In this document: positions 32,368 through 40,683 of the stretch, piece after piece
Layout: every line of letters begins with the position of its first letter
Position numbering within the stretch: the stretch's first letter is position 1
Assembly (NCBI GenBank): GCA_963785725.1
Contig: CAWAWS010000003.1
Location: 160,001-224,000 of the forward strand
From: an uncultured delta proteobacterium
GTDB lineage: Bacteria; Myxococcota_A; Polyangia; Palsa-1104
DNA: 64,000 bases
Direction: 5' to 3'
Notes under the pieces: model-generated
Database searches by the model: none
Told to the model about the DNA's origin: nothing
Seen by the model: only the letters and a program-made list of their open reading frames with translations
Program-made: the position numbers and the translations under genes

Positions 32368-33645
32368 ATGCGTACACTCTTGTCGGTCTTATCGCTCGGG
32401 CTCCTCGCACCATTGGCGGCCTGCAATGGCCAACAGCTCGGCGGCCAATTGGTCAAGTCGCGGCAGTCGCGCATCTCCGCGGCCAGCGTCGACCCGAGCG
32501 TCGTCGCGGCGCAGGCCGCGGACAACACGCAGCTGGCCTTCGATGTTTATGCGCAGCTAAAGGGGACGCCCGGCAATCTGTTCTTTTCGCCTTATAGCAT
32601 TTCGTCGGCGATGACGATGGCGTGGGCGGGCGCGGCCGGCAATACGGCGACGCAAATGGCGAGCGCGCTCGAGCTCAATCAGTCGCCGGCGAACGTCTTG
32701 GGCGCGTTCAATGCGCTCGACGCGGCCTTGGCAAGTCGCGGTCAGTCGGGCTCGAGCGAAGGCGGCGGTCCCTTCCAGCTCAATGTCGTCAACGCCATTT
32801 GGACCCAACAAGGCGCGCCGCTCGAGGCGCCGTTTCTCGACGCGCTGGCCGAGAATTTCGGCGCCGGCGTGCGCACCGAGAAGTTTTCGACCGCGCCCGA
32901 AGCGGCCCGCGCCGACATCAATGCCTGGGTCGACGACAATACCGGCGGCAAGATTCCGACGCTATTGCAGCCAGGAACGGTCACCTCCGATTCGCGCCTG
33001 TTTCTGACGAACGCGGTCTATTTCGATGGCAGCTGGGATTCGGCGTTCGACGCGCAAGATACAAAGCCGGCGCCCTTCAATGCGCTCGATGGAACCACGC
33101 CGACCGTGCAAATGATGAATCAAACCTATTCGGGCAGGTATTCCCAAGGCACGGGCTGGCAAGCGATCGATCTTCCTTACTCGAACAACGCTCTGACGCT
33201 GACCGTGATTGTTCCGGATATGGGACAATTCGCGTCGATCGAGACGCAGCTGTCGGCCACGTTCTTGGCCGGCGTCCTTGCCGCGGAAGAGCAGGATCAG
33301 ATTACGCTCGGCCTGCCGAAGTTCACGGCGACGACGAAGGCCGATTTGGTGCCGACCTTCAAAGCGTTGGGACTGACTGACGCCTTTACCAGCTTGGCCG
33401 ACTTCTCGGGTATCGACGGCGCCAAAGATCTGGCGATTTCGACGATCGTCCATCAGGCCGTCATCGACGTCGACGAGAAGGGCACGAAAGCCGCAGCAGC
33501 GACGGCAATCGGCATCGGCGCCACGTCGGGAATGACGACGCAAAAGTCGGTTACGCTGACCGTCGATCGCCCGTTCTTCATTGTCCTGCGCGATATTCCC
33601 ACCAATACCGCGCTCTTCGTCGGTCGCATCACGCAACTGCAATGA
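32368..33645 (+). CDS. Serpin (serine protease inhibitor), lipoprotein
   Basis: LAAC lipobox, NLFFSPYSI, NAVYF.G.W, EKGTKAAAAT hinge, DRPF..LFVGRI. Confidence 0.95.
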   Translation: MRTLLSVLSLGLLAPLAACNGQQLGGQLVKSRQSRISAASVDPSVVAAQAADNTQLAFDVYAQLKGTPGNLFFSPYSISSAMTMAWAGAAGNTATQMASALELNQSPANVLGAFNALDAALASRGQSGSSEGGGPFQLNVVNAIWTQQGAPLEAPFLDALAENFGAGVRTEKFSTAPEAARADINAWVDDNTGGKIPTLLQPGTVTSDSRLFLTNAVYFDGSWDSAFDAQDTKPAPFNALDGTTPTVQMMNQTYSGRYSQGTGWQAIDLPYSNNALTLTVIVPDMGQFASIETQLSATFLAGVLAAEEQDQITLGLPKFTATTKADLVPTFKALGLTDAFTSLADFSGIDGAKDLAISTIVHQAVIDVDEKGTKAAAATAIGIGATSGMTTQKSVTLTVDRPFFIVLRDIPTNTALFVGRITQLQ

Positions 33646-33646
33646 C

Positions 33647-33811
33647 GCTAAACCAGGGTTCGCAATTCTCGATCGCTTCGCGCTCGAGAATCGCGCCCTG
33701 ATTTAGCCTCGATCAATGAGGGCGTGCCGCCCTCCCCGAATGGGCAAAGCCCATTCGGGTCTTCTCCCTGCTCTCGGCGCGACTCCGCGCCGACGCGAGC
33801 TTCGCTCGCTC
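33647..33811. repeat. Five-hairpin structured intergenic element, copy 2 (inverted relative to copy 1)
   Basis: GCTAAACCAGGG...CCCTGATTTAGC, CTCGATC linker, then GAGGGCG, CCCGAATGGGC, CGGCGCG/ACTC and GCGAGC/TTC stems. Confidence 0.8.
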
Positions 33812-33954
33812 CAAAGTCCCGGCCTATCGGGAATTACGATCGGCCATTTAGGCCGGACGATTGGCCGCGATCCAAGTCACGCCGCGGTAAAGGTTACGTA
33901 AAGACCGCCAATAAATTCGCCCTTCGCTGCGTCTGTTCGAGCAATATGAGCGCA

Positions 33955-35826
33955 ATGAAGGTTGGGCCTCTTTTCCTCGCTCTCGGCTGCTGCGCATTGA
34001 CAGGCTGCGCCGCCAGCTTCCCGCTGCCGATGACGGCGGCGCAATTCGCCACTTACGATGCGACGATGGCCGGACCGGCGCTGGTCGCTTATCTCGGTCA
34101 AGCCGACGCGTCGCCGACGGTTTGCGACATGGGCGCCAAAGGCCCGCACGTCGCCGCGCTCAGCGAGGAGCTGCGCGACGCGCTCGTGCGCGGCCTGACT
34201 GATGGCAAGATCGAGCCCGACTTATGGAATCGCTGCGCCAAAGCCGTTCTGCGCAGCGCGCCGCGCGACGACGCCGCCTCTTTCATCGACGCGGTCGGCA
34301 AAGGCTATCGCACGCTGATGCGAAGCAGTGATTTCGAGACGTCGGTGGTGTTGCAAAAGCGTCTACAGGCCATGGAGCAGTTCTATATCGATCGCAAGAA
34401 TCAGCTCCAAGGTCACGCGGCAGTCGACGATAAGCTCATCGCCGATCTGCGTAAGGCGCTCGCCAATCATCGCTTGGGGCCGATCGCTGCGCAAATGGGC
34501 GAAGACTTGGTGTCGGCGATCGATCTCGAGCACGGACTGTGGATGGGACGCCCGGTCGACGTGCCGCTCATCGATACCATCTATGCGCAAAAGGACGAGA
34601 AGACGTTATTGCGCTTCGGCAATCGACTGCCTTCGGCGGAGCTGCGCGACGCGGCGCGCCGGCGCGTCGTGCGATTGCATATCGCGGCGTCGCCGTTCCC
34701 CGAAGTGCGCGCGCAAGCGGCGGCGATCGAGGAGATCGTCATGAAAACCGGCGTCAATGCCATTTCATTGACGGCGAATCCGATTTTGCGTGGCTGGATC
34801 GATACCAATAAAGTGCCGATGCGCGGCGTGCTCGTGCGCCAACAATTACAGCAACAGACGGCGACGCTGCTCGGTTATAGCGGCGATCGTCCGGGCGTCT
34901 CGGTGTTGCCGGAGCTGAAGCTGCGCGGCGCATTGCTCGTTCAAGCCAAGGATATTTCGCAGCCGATTACGCTGTGCGCGCCCGGCGCGCTCGATCCGAC
35001 GCCGTGCATCTCCGTGCAGAGCGTCAAGCTGGAGAATCCCGCCGCTTATCTCGATAAGGGCGGCGCCTTTCATTTCGTCGAGCACATTTATATGCGCGAC
35101 GCCGTCAATCTGACGACGATGCACGATAAGTTCGTCTTGCCGGTGAGCATTGGCGGTCAGCGGCTTTGCTCGTTCGAGTGGCAATTGTATTTCGAGCGGC
35201 CCGCCGATCTCGTCTTCAGCGGATCGCAAGCGGGCGCCAATGGGCCCAATCTCGGCGTCGCCGTCGACTATCGCGATCCATTGCGATTCATTTATACGGT
35301 GGCATCGCGAACCGTGCCCTATTTGGCCGTCGTCGAGCGCGCCGATGCCTCGCTGTTTCACGTCGTGAGCCGCGGCGCGCCCGGCGAAAGCGGCAGCGCC
35401 GGCAGCGATGGCGCGACCGGGTCGAGCGGCAGCGAGTGCGGCGACGGCGGCAACGGCGGTGACGGCGGTCCCGGCGGCGACGGCGGTCCCGGCGGCAACG
35501 GCGGCGATATCGCGGTCAATATCGCGTGCGGCGCGATCAGCTGCCCCGACGTCGTCGCGCTCATGCGGCAAACGATCGTCAGCGTGGCCGGACCGGGCGG
35601 CGCGGGCGGTCCGGGCGGCAACGGCGGCGCCGGCGGCTCGGGCGGCTCGGGCCGCTCGCCGTCGACGCACACCGACTCCGACGGCAACACCGTCACCGAC
35701 GATCCCGGCTGCAGCGCCGGCTCCAATGGATCATCAGGCGCGAGCGGCGCGAGCGGCGCCGACGGACCGCCAGGCCTGCCCGGCCACACGCGGTTCACGG
35801 TCGTGCCATCGACGCCGCGCGCCTAA
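33955..35826 (+). CDS. Hypothetical lipoprotein with C-terminal interrupted collagen-like Gly-X-Y repeats
   Basis: LTGC lipobox; three G-X-Y runs separated by short Cys-containing spacers. Confidence 0.8.
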   Translation: MKVGPLFLALGCCALTGCAASFPLPMTAAQFATYDATMAGPALVAYLGQADASPTVCDMGAKGPHVAALSEELRDALVRGLTDGKIEPDLWNRCAKAVLRSAPRDDAASFIDAVGKGYRTLMRSSDFETSVVLQKRLQAMEQFYIDRKNQLQGHAAVDDKLIADLRKALANHRLGPIAAQMGEDLVSAIDLEHGLWMGRPVDVPLIDTIYAQKDEKTLLRFGNRLPSAELRDAARRRVVRLHIAASPFPEVRAQAAAIEEIVMKTGVNAISLTANPILRGWIDTNKVPMRGVLVRQQLQQQTATLLGYSGDRPGVSVLPELKLRGALLVQAKDISQPITLCAPGALDPTPCISVQSVKLENPAAYLDKGGAFHFVEHIYMRDAVNLTTMHDKFVLPVSIGGQRLCSFEWQLYFERPADLVFSGSQAGANGPNLGVAVDYRDPLRFIYTVASRTVPYLAVVERADASLFHVVSRGAPGESGSAGSDGATGSSGSECGDGGNGGDGGPGGDGGPGGNGGDIAVNIACGAISCPDVVALMRQTIVSVAGPGGAGGPGGNGGAGGSGGSGRSPSTHTDSDGNTVTDDPGCSAGSNGSSGASGASGADGPPGLPGHTRFTVVPSTPRA

Positions 35827-35863
35827 AGCCAGTCGCGCCCGGCGGCGCAAACGGCGCGAACGC

Positions 35864-36712
35864 CTATTTGCGCGCGCGTTTCGGCGCTTCCGGCGACCGC
35901 CAGCCGCGCGCGATGACGTCGACCACCGCGCGCGCCCACGTGTCTGCCACGATGTCGCCGTCGACGAGCGGCGTCAGCTGCCGATCGATGATCAGCATCG
36001 ACAGCCCATGCACCATCGACCACGCCGGCACCGCCAGCGCGCGCGGATCGCCGTCGCCCACGAGCCCTTCGGCCTGCCCCGCGGCGACCGCGTCGACGAG
36101 CGTGCGCAGCGCCGGCTCGCCCGCCGCCGTCAGCTCCGGCGCCGCGTCATCGTGCAGCTCGCTGGAAAACATCACGCGAAAATGGCCGGGATGCGCGACG
36201 GCATAGCGCACGTAACCGCGACCGATCGCAAGGAAGCGCTCGATCGCCGTCGTCGCCCCGGCCGCGACGGCGCGCATCTCCGCGTCGAGCCCGACGAAGC
36301 CTTCGATCGCCAGCTCGACCAATAGCGCCTCGCGGCTGGGAAAATGGCGATACGGCGCCGCGTGACTGACGCCCACGCTGCGCGCCAGCTCGCGCAGCGA
36401 CAGCGCGCCCAGCCCCGATCTCTCGACGATCGCCAGCGCCGCATCGACGAGCGTGCGCCGCAGATCGCCGTGATGATACGGCTGCGCCAACCTCACCTTC
36501 GCCGTCGTCCTCGCTGCTTTCTCCGTCGTCCGCGCCGCTTTCTCCGTCATCTTCGGCGTCGCGTTCGTATTGGACGTCGCCTTCGCGGTCTTCCGCGCGC
36601 TCCTCGTCGCGTCTTTCGTCGGCTTGGGCGCTTTCGTCACCTGGCTCGTCACCTTCGTCGCGCGCTCCGTCGCCGGCGCCACGCGGATCCTCGTCTTCGT
36701 CTTGTGCGCCAT
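35864..36712 (-). CDS. TetR family regulator (WHG-type C-terminus) with long K/A/T-rich N-terminal extension
   Basis: YHHGDLR..L, LSLRELA..VGVSHAAPYRHF, WSMVHG. The start could be further downstream. Confidence 0.88.
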   Translation of the reverse strand: MAHKTKTRIRVAPATERATKVTSQVTKAPKPTKDATRSARKTAKATSNTNATPKMTEKAARTTEKAARTTAKVRLAQPYHHGDLRRTLVDAALAIVERSGLGALSLRELARSVGVSHAAPYRHFPSREALLVELAIEGFVGLDAEMRAVAAGATTAIERFLAIGRGYVRYAVAHPGHFRVMFSSELHDDAAPELTAAGEPALRTLVDAVAAGQAEGLVGDGDPRALAVPAWSMVHGLSMLIIDRQLTPLVDGDIVADTWARAVVDVIARGWRSPEAPKRARK

Positions 36713-36756
36713 CGTAAGCACCGACAATAGCACGACATCTGTCGTCACCTCGCCTG

Positions 36757-36795
36757 ATGTTGACAGCGCCTACTTTATGTTTACACTGACAACAT
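36757..36795 (+). promoter_or_regulatory. Tandem TetR operators overlapping a sigma70 promoter (TTGACA-N16-TACACT) of the oxygenase gene
   Basis: ATGTTGACAGCGCCTACTT (36757-36775) and ATGTTTACACTGACAACAT (36777-36795) are imperfect 19-bp palindromes; a GGAGG RBS follows. Confidence 0.75.
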
Positions 36796-36807
36796 CTGGA
36801 GGACGAC

Positions 36808-38274
36808 ATGACCGCCATCGCTTCTTCGCTCGCTCCCGTCGCATCCGTTCCCGCCGTCACCGCCGCTGCGCATCGCTGGCAGCGCGCCTTCGACGATGTG
36901 CCGCGCCAGCATGGCTTCGAGCCGCTGACGATCGAAGGACGCGTGCCGGTCGGTCTGCGCGGCACGCTCTATCGCACGGGACCGAGCCTGTTCTCGACGT
37001 TCGGCCGCCGCTACGGCCACTGGTTCGACGGCGACGGCGCGGTCTCGGCCGTGCGCTTCGACGGCGGCGGCGCGGCCGCGGGCGCCGTGCGCGTCGTGCA
37101 GAGCCGAGGGCTGCTCGAGGAGCAACGCCGGCGCGCCCCGCATTACGCCGCTTACGGCACGCGCGCGCCGTCGCGCTTACGCGGCCTCGTCGCGGGCCTG
37201 CGCAACGACATCAAGAATACCGGCAATACGTCGGTGATGATCTGGCAAGGCCGCCTGTTCGCGCTCGTCGAATCCTCGGCGCCGACCGAGCTCGACGTCG
37301 AGAATCTGCAGACCATCGGCGAATCGCGGCTCGACGACACGCTCGTGCACAGCTTCTCGGCGCACCCGCATTATGTCCCGCAGCGCCGCTCCGCTTACAA
37401 CTTCGGCGTTCGTTACGGTAAGCGGACGATGCTCGACCTGTACGCGCTGCCCGACGAAGGCAAAGCGCGCCACCTGGGCTCGGTGCCGCTGGCCGGCGCG
37501 ACGATGGTGCACGATTTCATCGCCACCGAGCGCTATCTCATCTTCTTCGCGCCGCCGCTGCGCCTGCGTATTTTGCGGCAGCTGCTCGGCCTCGGCTCCT
37601 ACTCGGAGAATCTGCAGTGGCAGCCCGGGCACGGCACCGAGGTCATCATCGTCCCCATCGATCGCCCGGCCGACGTCCGCCGCTTCACCATCCCCGCGTT
37701 CTATCAATGGCACTTCGCGAACGCTTACGAGCGCGGCCAGGAGCTCGTCGTCGACTACGTGCGCTATCCCGACTTCTCGTCCAACCGCTGGCTCGGCGAC
37801 GTCATGCGCGGTCCCGTCCATTCGCACCTCGACGGCCAGCTGCACCGCGCGATCATCGATCCCGTCCGCGGCCAGCTGCGCGACGAGCCGCTCGCCAGCG
37901 TCCCCTGCGAATTCCCGCGCGTGGCCCGCTCCGCGCACGCCGCCGGCCACGTCTACGCCGCCGCCTACTCGGGCGACGAAGCCGCGCGCGGCATGTTCGA
38001 TTGCCTCGTGCGCTTCGACCTCGGCAGCGGCCAGACGCAGCTCGTCGACCTCGGCGCCGGCCGCTATCCGTCGGAGCCGGTGTTCGTGCGCCGCCCCGAC
38101 GCGCGCGACGACGAAGACGGCTGGCTCCTCAGCCTCGTCTACGACGGCGTGACCCACAAGAGCGGCGTCGCCGTCCTCGACGCGCGCGACCTCGACCGCG
38201 GCCCGCTCGCGACCGCATGGTACGACCACCACGTCCCCTTCACGTTCCACGGCAACTTCGCGCGCAACACCTAG
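36808..38274 (+). CDS. Carotenoid cleavage/lignostilbene dioxygenase (RPE65 family)
   Basis: HWFDGDG, SAHP, VHDF, WHFANAYE, EFPR, EPVFV, EDGW, FHG (four Fe-binding His). Confidence 0.95.
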   Translation: MTAIASSLAPVASVPAVTAAAHRWQRAFDDVPRQHGFEPLTIEGRVPVGLRGTLYRTGPSLFSTFGRRYGHWFDGDGAVSAVRFDGGGAAAGAVRVVQSRGLLEEQRRRAPHYAAYGTRAPSRLRGLVAGLRNDIKNTGNTSVMIWQGRLFALVESSAPTELDVENLQTIGESRLDDTLVHSFSAHPHYVPQRRSAYNFGVRYGKRTMLDLYALPDEGKARHLGSVPLAGATMVHDFIATERYLIFFAPPLRLRILRQLLGLGSYSENLQWQPGHGTEVIIVPIDRPADVRRFTIPAFYQWHFANAYERGQELVVDYVRYPDFSSNRWLGDVMRGPVHSHLDGQLHRAIIDPVRGQLRDEPLASVPCEFPRVARSAHAAGHVYAAAYSGDEAARGMFDCLVRFDLGSGQTQLVDLGAGRYPSEPVFVRRPDARDDEDGWLLSLVYDGVTHKSGVAVLDARDLDRGPLATAWYDHHVPFTFHGNFARNT

Positions 38275-38384
38275 TACCGCCTGTCATTACTCAAACGATC
38301 ACATTTGTATTTGGCTCAATATTCAAATAGCCATGTGACCATTGAAGCGCCGTTGCTGGGAACGACCGCGCGCGTTCCGTCGAA

Positions 38385-38540
38385 TCAGCCGGCGCAACGA
38401 ATCGCGCGCCGCACTTTGAACACGTCGCGAACCTCGTCGAGCAACGCCGATGCTGCAGTCGTAGTCGCGTCGCGAGGCTGCCGACATAATGGCCGAGATG
38501 CAGCGGCCCGGTTGGTCGATAAGCTGTGACGACTATGTCC
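38385..38540 (-). pseudogene. trpS: Remnant of a tryptophanyl-tRNA synthetase gene (HIGH-motif N-terminus)
   Basis: IVVTAYRPTGPLHLGHYVGSLATRLRLQ matches the TrpRS N-terminus. Similarity stops after about 30 codons. Confidence 0.75.
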
Positions 38541-38691
38541 GAAGGCGAAATGGAATGCTCGATACCCGTAACCGGGCGACCCCGCAAAGGCAAGCCCGAC
38601 GTAACTATGGAATGCGTGGCGCCCTTCTTTTCGACCTCGATAGCCGCACAGTGACGCCGACTTCCTTAGCAGTTTCAGGCATGCTCTCGCC

Positions 38692-39909
38692 ATGACCTGG
38701 TCACGCTCAGTCCTCGCCGCCGCCGCATGGGCGCTATTCGCCGGCTGCGCGCAGCGCGCCGCCATCATCGCGCCCGCAGTCGTCCCCGCGAAGAGTGCGT
38801 TCGCCGGCTACAGCTCGACGCGTTATGCCGATCCGACTGCGTGGGTCTGCTTGCCCGGTCGCGCCAACGATCCCTGTCTCGACAACCTCGACTCGACCGA
38901 GCTGCGCGACGACGGCTCGGGCGCCGTCGTCGCCGAGCCGCCGCCGGCTACGCCGCCGCCCGTCGACTGCTTTTACGTCTACCCGACGATCGACAACCGT
39001 GCCGAGCCCGGCAATCACACCGACTTCACCAACATCGAGCACATGGTCGGCGTGACGCAAGCGCAAGTCGGCCACTTTCGCACGGTCTGTCAGCTCTACG
39101 CGCCGCTCTATCGGCAAGTCACGATGGGCACCTATATGCAGTCGCAAGCCGAGCAAGACAAATACCTGGCCATTGCCAACGCCGATGTCGTCGACGCCTT
39201 TCGTCACTATATGAGTCGCTACAATCACGGCCGAAAGATCGTGCTCATCGGCCATTCGCAAGGCGCAGAGATGATCACGCGTCTCTTGAAGCAGCTCTTC
39301 GACGGCGACCAAGACGCGCCCATGCGCGAACAGCTGCTCTTGGGAATGCCCATCGGCGGCCATATCGACGTGCCGCGCGGCCAGCTCATCGGCGGCACGT
39401 TCACGCATATTCCCGTTTGCAGTCGTGCCGCCGAAACCGGCTGTGTCGTCGGCTATCGCTCGGTCGTCGCCGGCAGCGCCAGCCCGTCATTCGATGTCTT
39501 TCCGGCCGGCCACGTCAACGTCTGCGTGAACCCGACGGCGCTCGACGGCGGGCCCCATCCGACGACCCGCACGTATCTATTGATGACGGATCGATTGCGC
39601 GCCCACATGCCAAAGGCAAACGAGATTACGACGCCCTTCATTCTCTTGAACAACTATTACAACGCCGAGTGTGTCGAGACGCAGCCTGGTGTGTTCTCGT
39701 TGGCGATGAGCCTCGCCGTGCCGGCCAGCGATCCGCGCGCCAACCCCATCGACTTCGACGCGCGCATCTTCCGCGGCATGATGGGACTGCATTTAGTGGA
39801 CATGCAGCTCGTGCAAGGCGATCTGATCGACCTCATCGCTCACCGCGCCACTCCACATGCCGCGCGAGCAGACTCGAGCAGTCCACCGACGGCGTCCGGA
39901 CGACACTGA
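38692..39909 (+). CDS. DUF3089-like alpha/beta hydrolase lipoprotein
   Basis: FAGC lipobox, DCFYVYPT, YAPLYRQ, GHSQG nucleophile elbow, CVNP, GLHLVD. Confidence 0.88.
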   Translation: MTWSRSVLAAAAWALFAGCAQRAAIIAPAVVPAKSAFAGYSSTRYADPTAWVCLPGRANDPCLDNLDSTELRDDGSGAVVAEPPPATPPPVDCFYVYPTIDNRAEPGNHTDFTNIEHMVGVTQAQVGHFRTVCQLYAPLYRQVTMGTYMQSQAEQDKYLAIANADVVDAFRHYMSRYNHGRKIVLIGHSQGAEMITRLLKQLFDGDQDAPMREQLLLGMPIGGHIDVPRGQLIGGTFTHIPVCSRAAETGCVVGYRSVVAGSASPSFDVFPAGHVNVCVNPTALDGGPHPTTRTYLLMTDRLRAHMPKANEITTPFILLNNYYNAECVETQPGVFSLAMSLAVPASDPRANPIDFDARIFRGMMGLHLVDMQLVQGDLIDLIAHRATPHAARADSSSPPTASGRH

Positions 39910-39958
39910 AGCATTTACTTCAGTATCGCGTCTTCCTTACTGAAGCAGCTGCTTTACT
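39902..39958. repeat. ACTGAAG/CTTCAGT palindromic repeat, copy A
   Basis: ACTGAAG-catttA-CTTCAGT hairpin plus TACTGAAGCagCTGCTTTACT, shared with 51888-51930. Confidence 0.7.
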
Positions 39959-39979
39959 ATTGCCGCGGGCGACGAGTCG

Positions 39980-40522
39980 TCATTGCGGCAAGCGGCCGGT
40001 GCTCATCGCGAACACGACCCCTTTGGCCAAGCTCAAGCTGCAGAACTTCATGCGGCCGCCGAAGGTCCAATTCTCGAAGCCGAAGCGGTCGCTGTTGGCG
40101 TCCACTTTGGCCGCGAGCACCGGCTGGCCGCTGGCGGCGTCGATGAAGCTGACCTCGCCCTGCACGTGATCGGTCCCGAATCCGCCCATTCCCGACCGTT
40201 GAATCACGGCGATGCGACTACGCACGATGATTCCTTGCGCGACCGTTTGCCCCGGCGCCAAGATGACGATGCGGCGCGCGCCCAGCTTCGACCGCGCGTA
40301 ATCCTGCACGCCGGCGGCATAAGCGGACTGCCATTTATCGACATGCTGAGCCCACTGATGCGCCTCCTCGACCGGCTCGGCCACGGCAAACGCCAGCGGC
40401 TCCACGTAGAATATCGGCGCGCTGGCCAACGCCGGCGCCGCCTTCGTTTGCTCCGTCGCGTGCATGGTGGCGCAACCGCCGACCGACAAGAGCGCCATCA
40501 GCGCCAAGGTCGAAGTCTTCAT
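39980..40522 (-). CDS. Hypothetical lipoprotein (DUF4410-like)
   Basis: VGGC lipobox; C-terminal G.D.V.GEV.F.DA.SG..V pattern. Confidence 0.65.
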   Translation of the reverse strand: MKTSTLALMALLSVGGCATMHATEQTKAAPALASAPIFYVEPLAFAVAEPVEEAHQWAQHVDKWQSAYAAGVQDYARSKLGARRIVILAPGQTVAQGIIVRSRIAVIQRSGMGGFGTDHVQGEVSFIDAASGQPVLAAKVDANSDRFGFENWTFGGRMKFCSLSLAKGVVFAMSTGRLPQ

Positions 40523-40683
40523 GGTCATCCCCGCGTAAGTGGAAGCTAGGCCAACAGACGCGGGAAATAGCATGGGCGTTGCCCCGAGCGGGACGACTCA
40601 ACTTTATTTGAGATTGGTGAATGAAGAGACTGGCGGGACGAAACGGAGTCTATGCAGACGATGGAGCGACGGTGCGGTGAATA

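Noticed and set aside
38540..38690. T-box leader upstream of the trpS remnant
   Set aside because: No GGTGG-ACC T-box consensus, only a short GCATTCCAT direct repeat.
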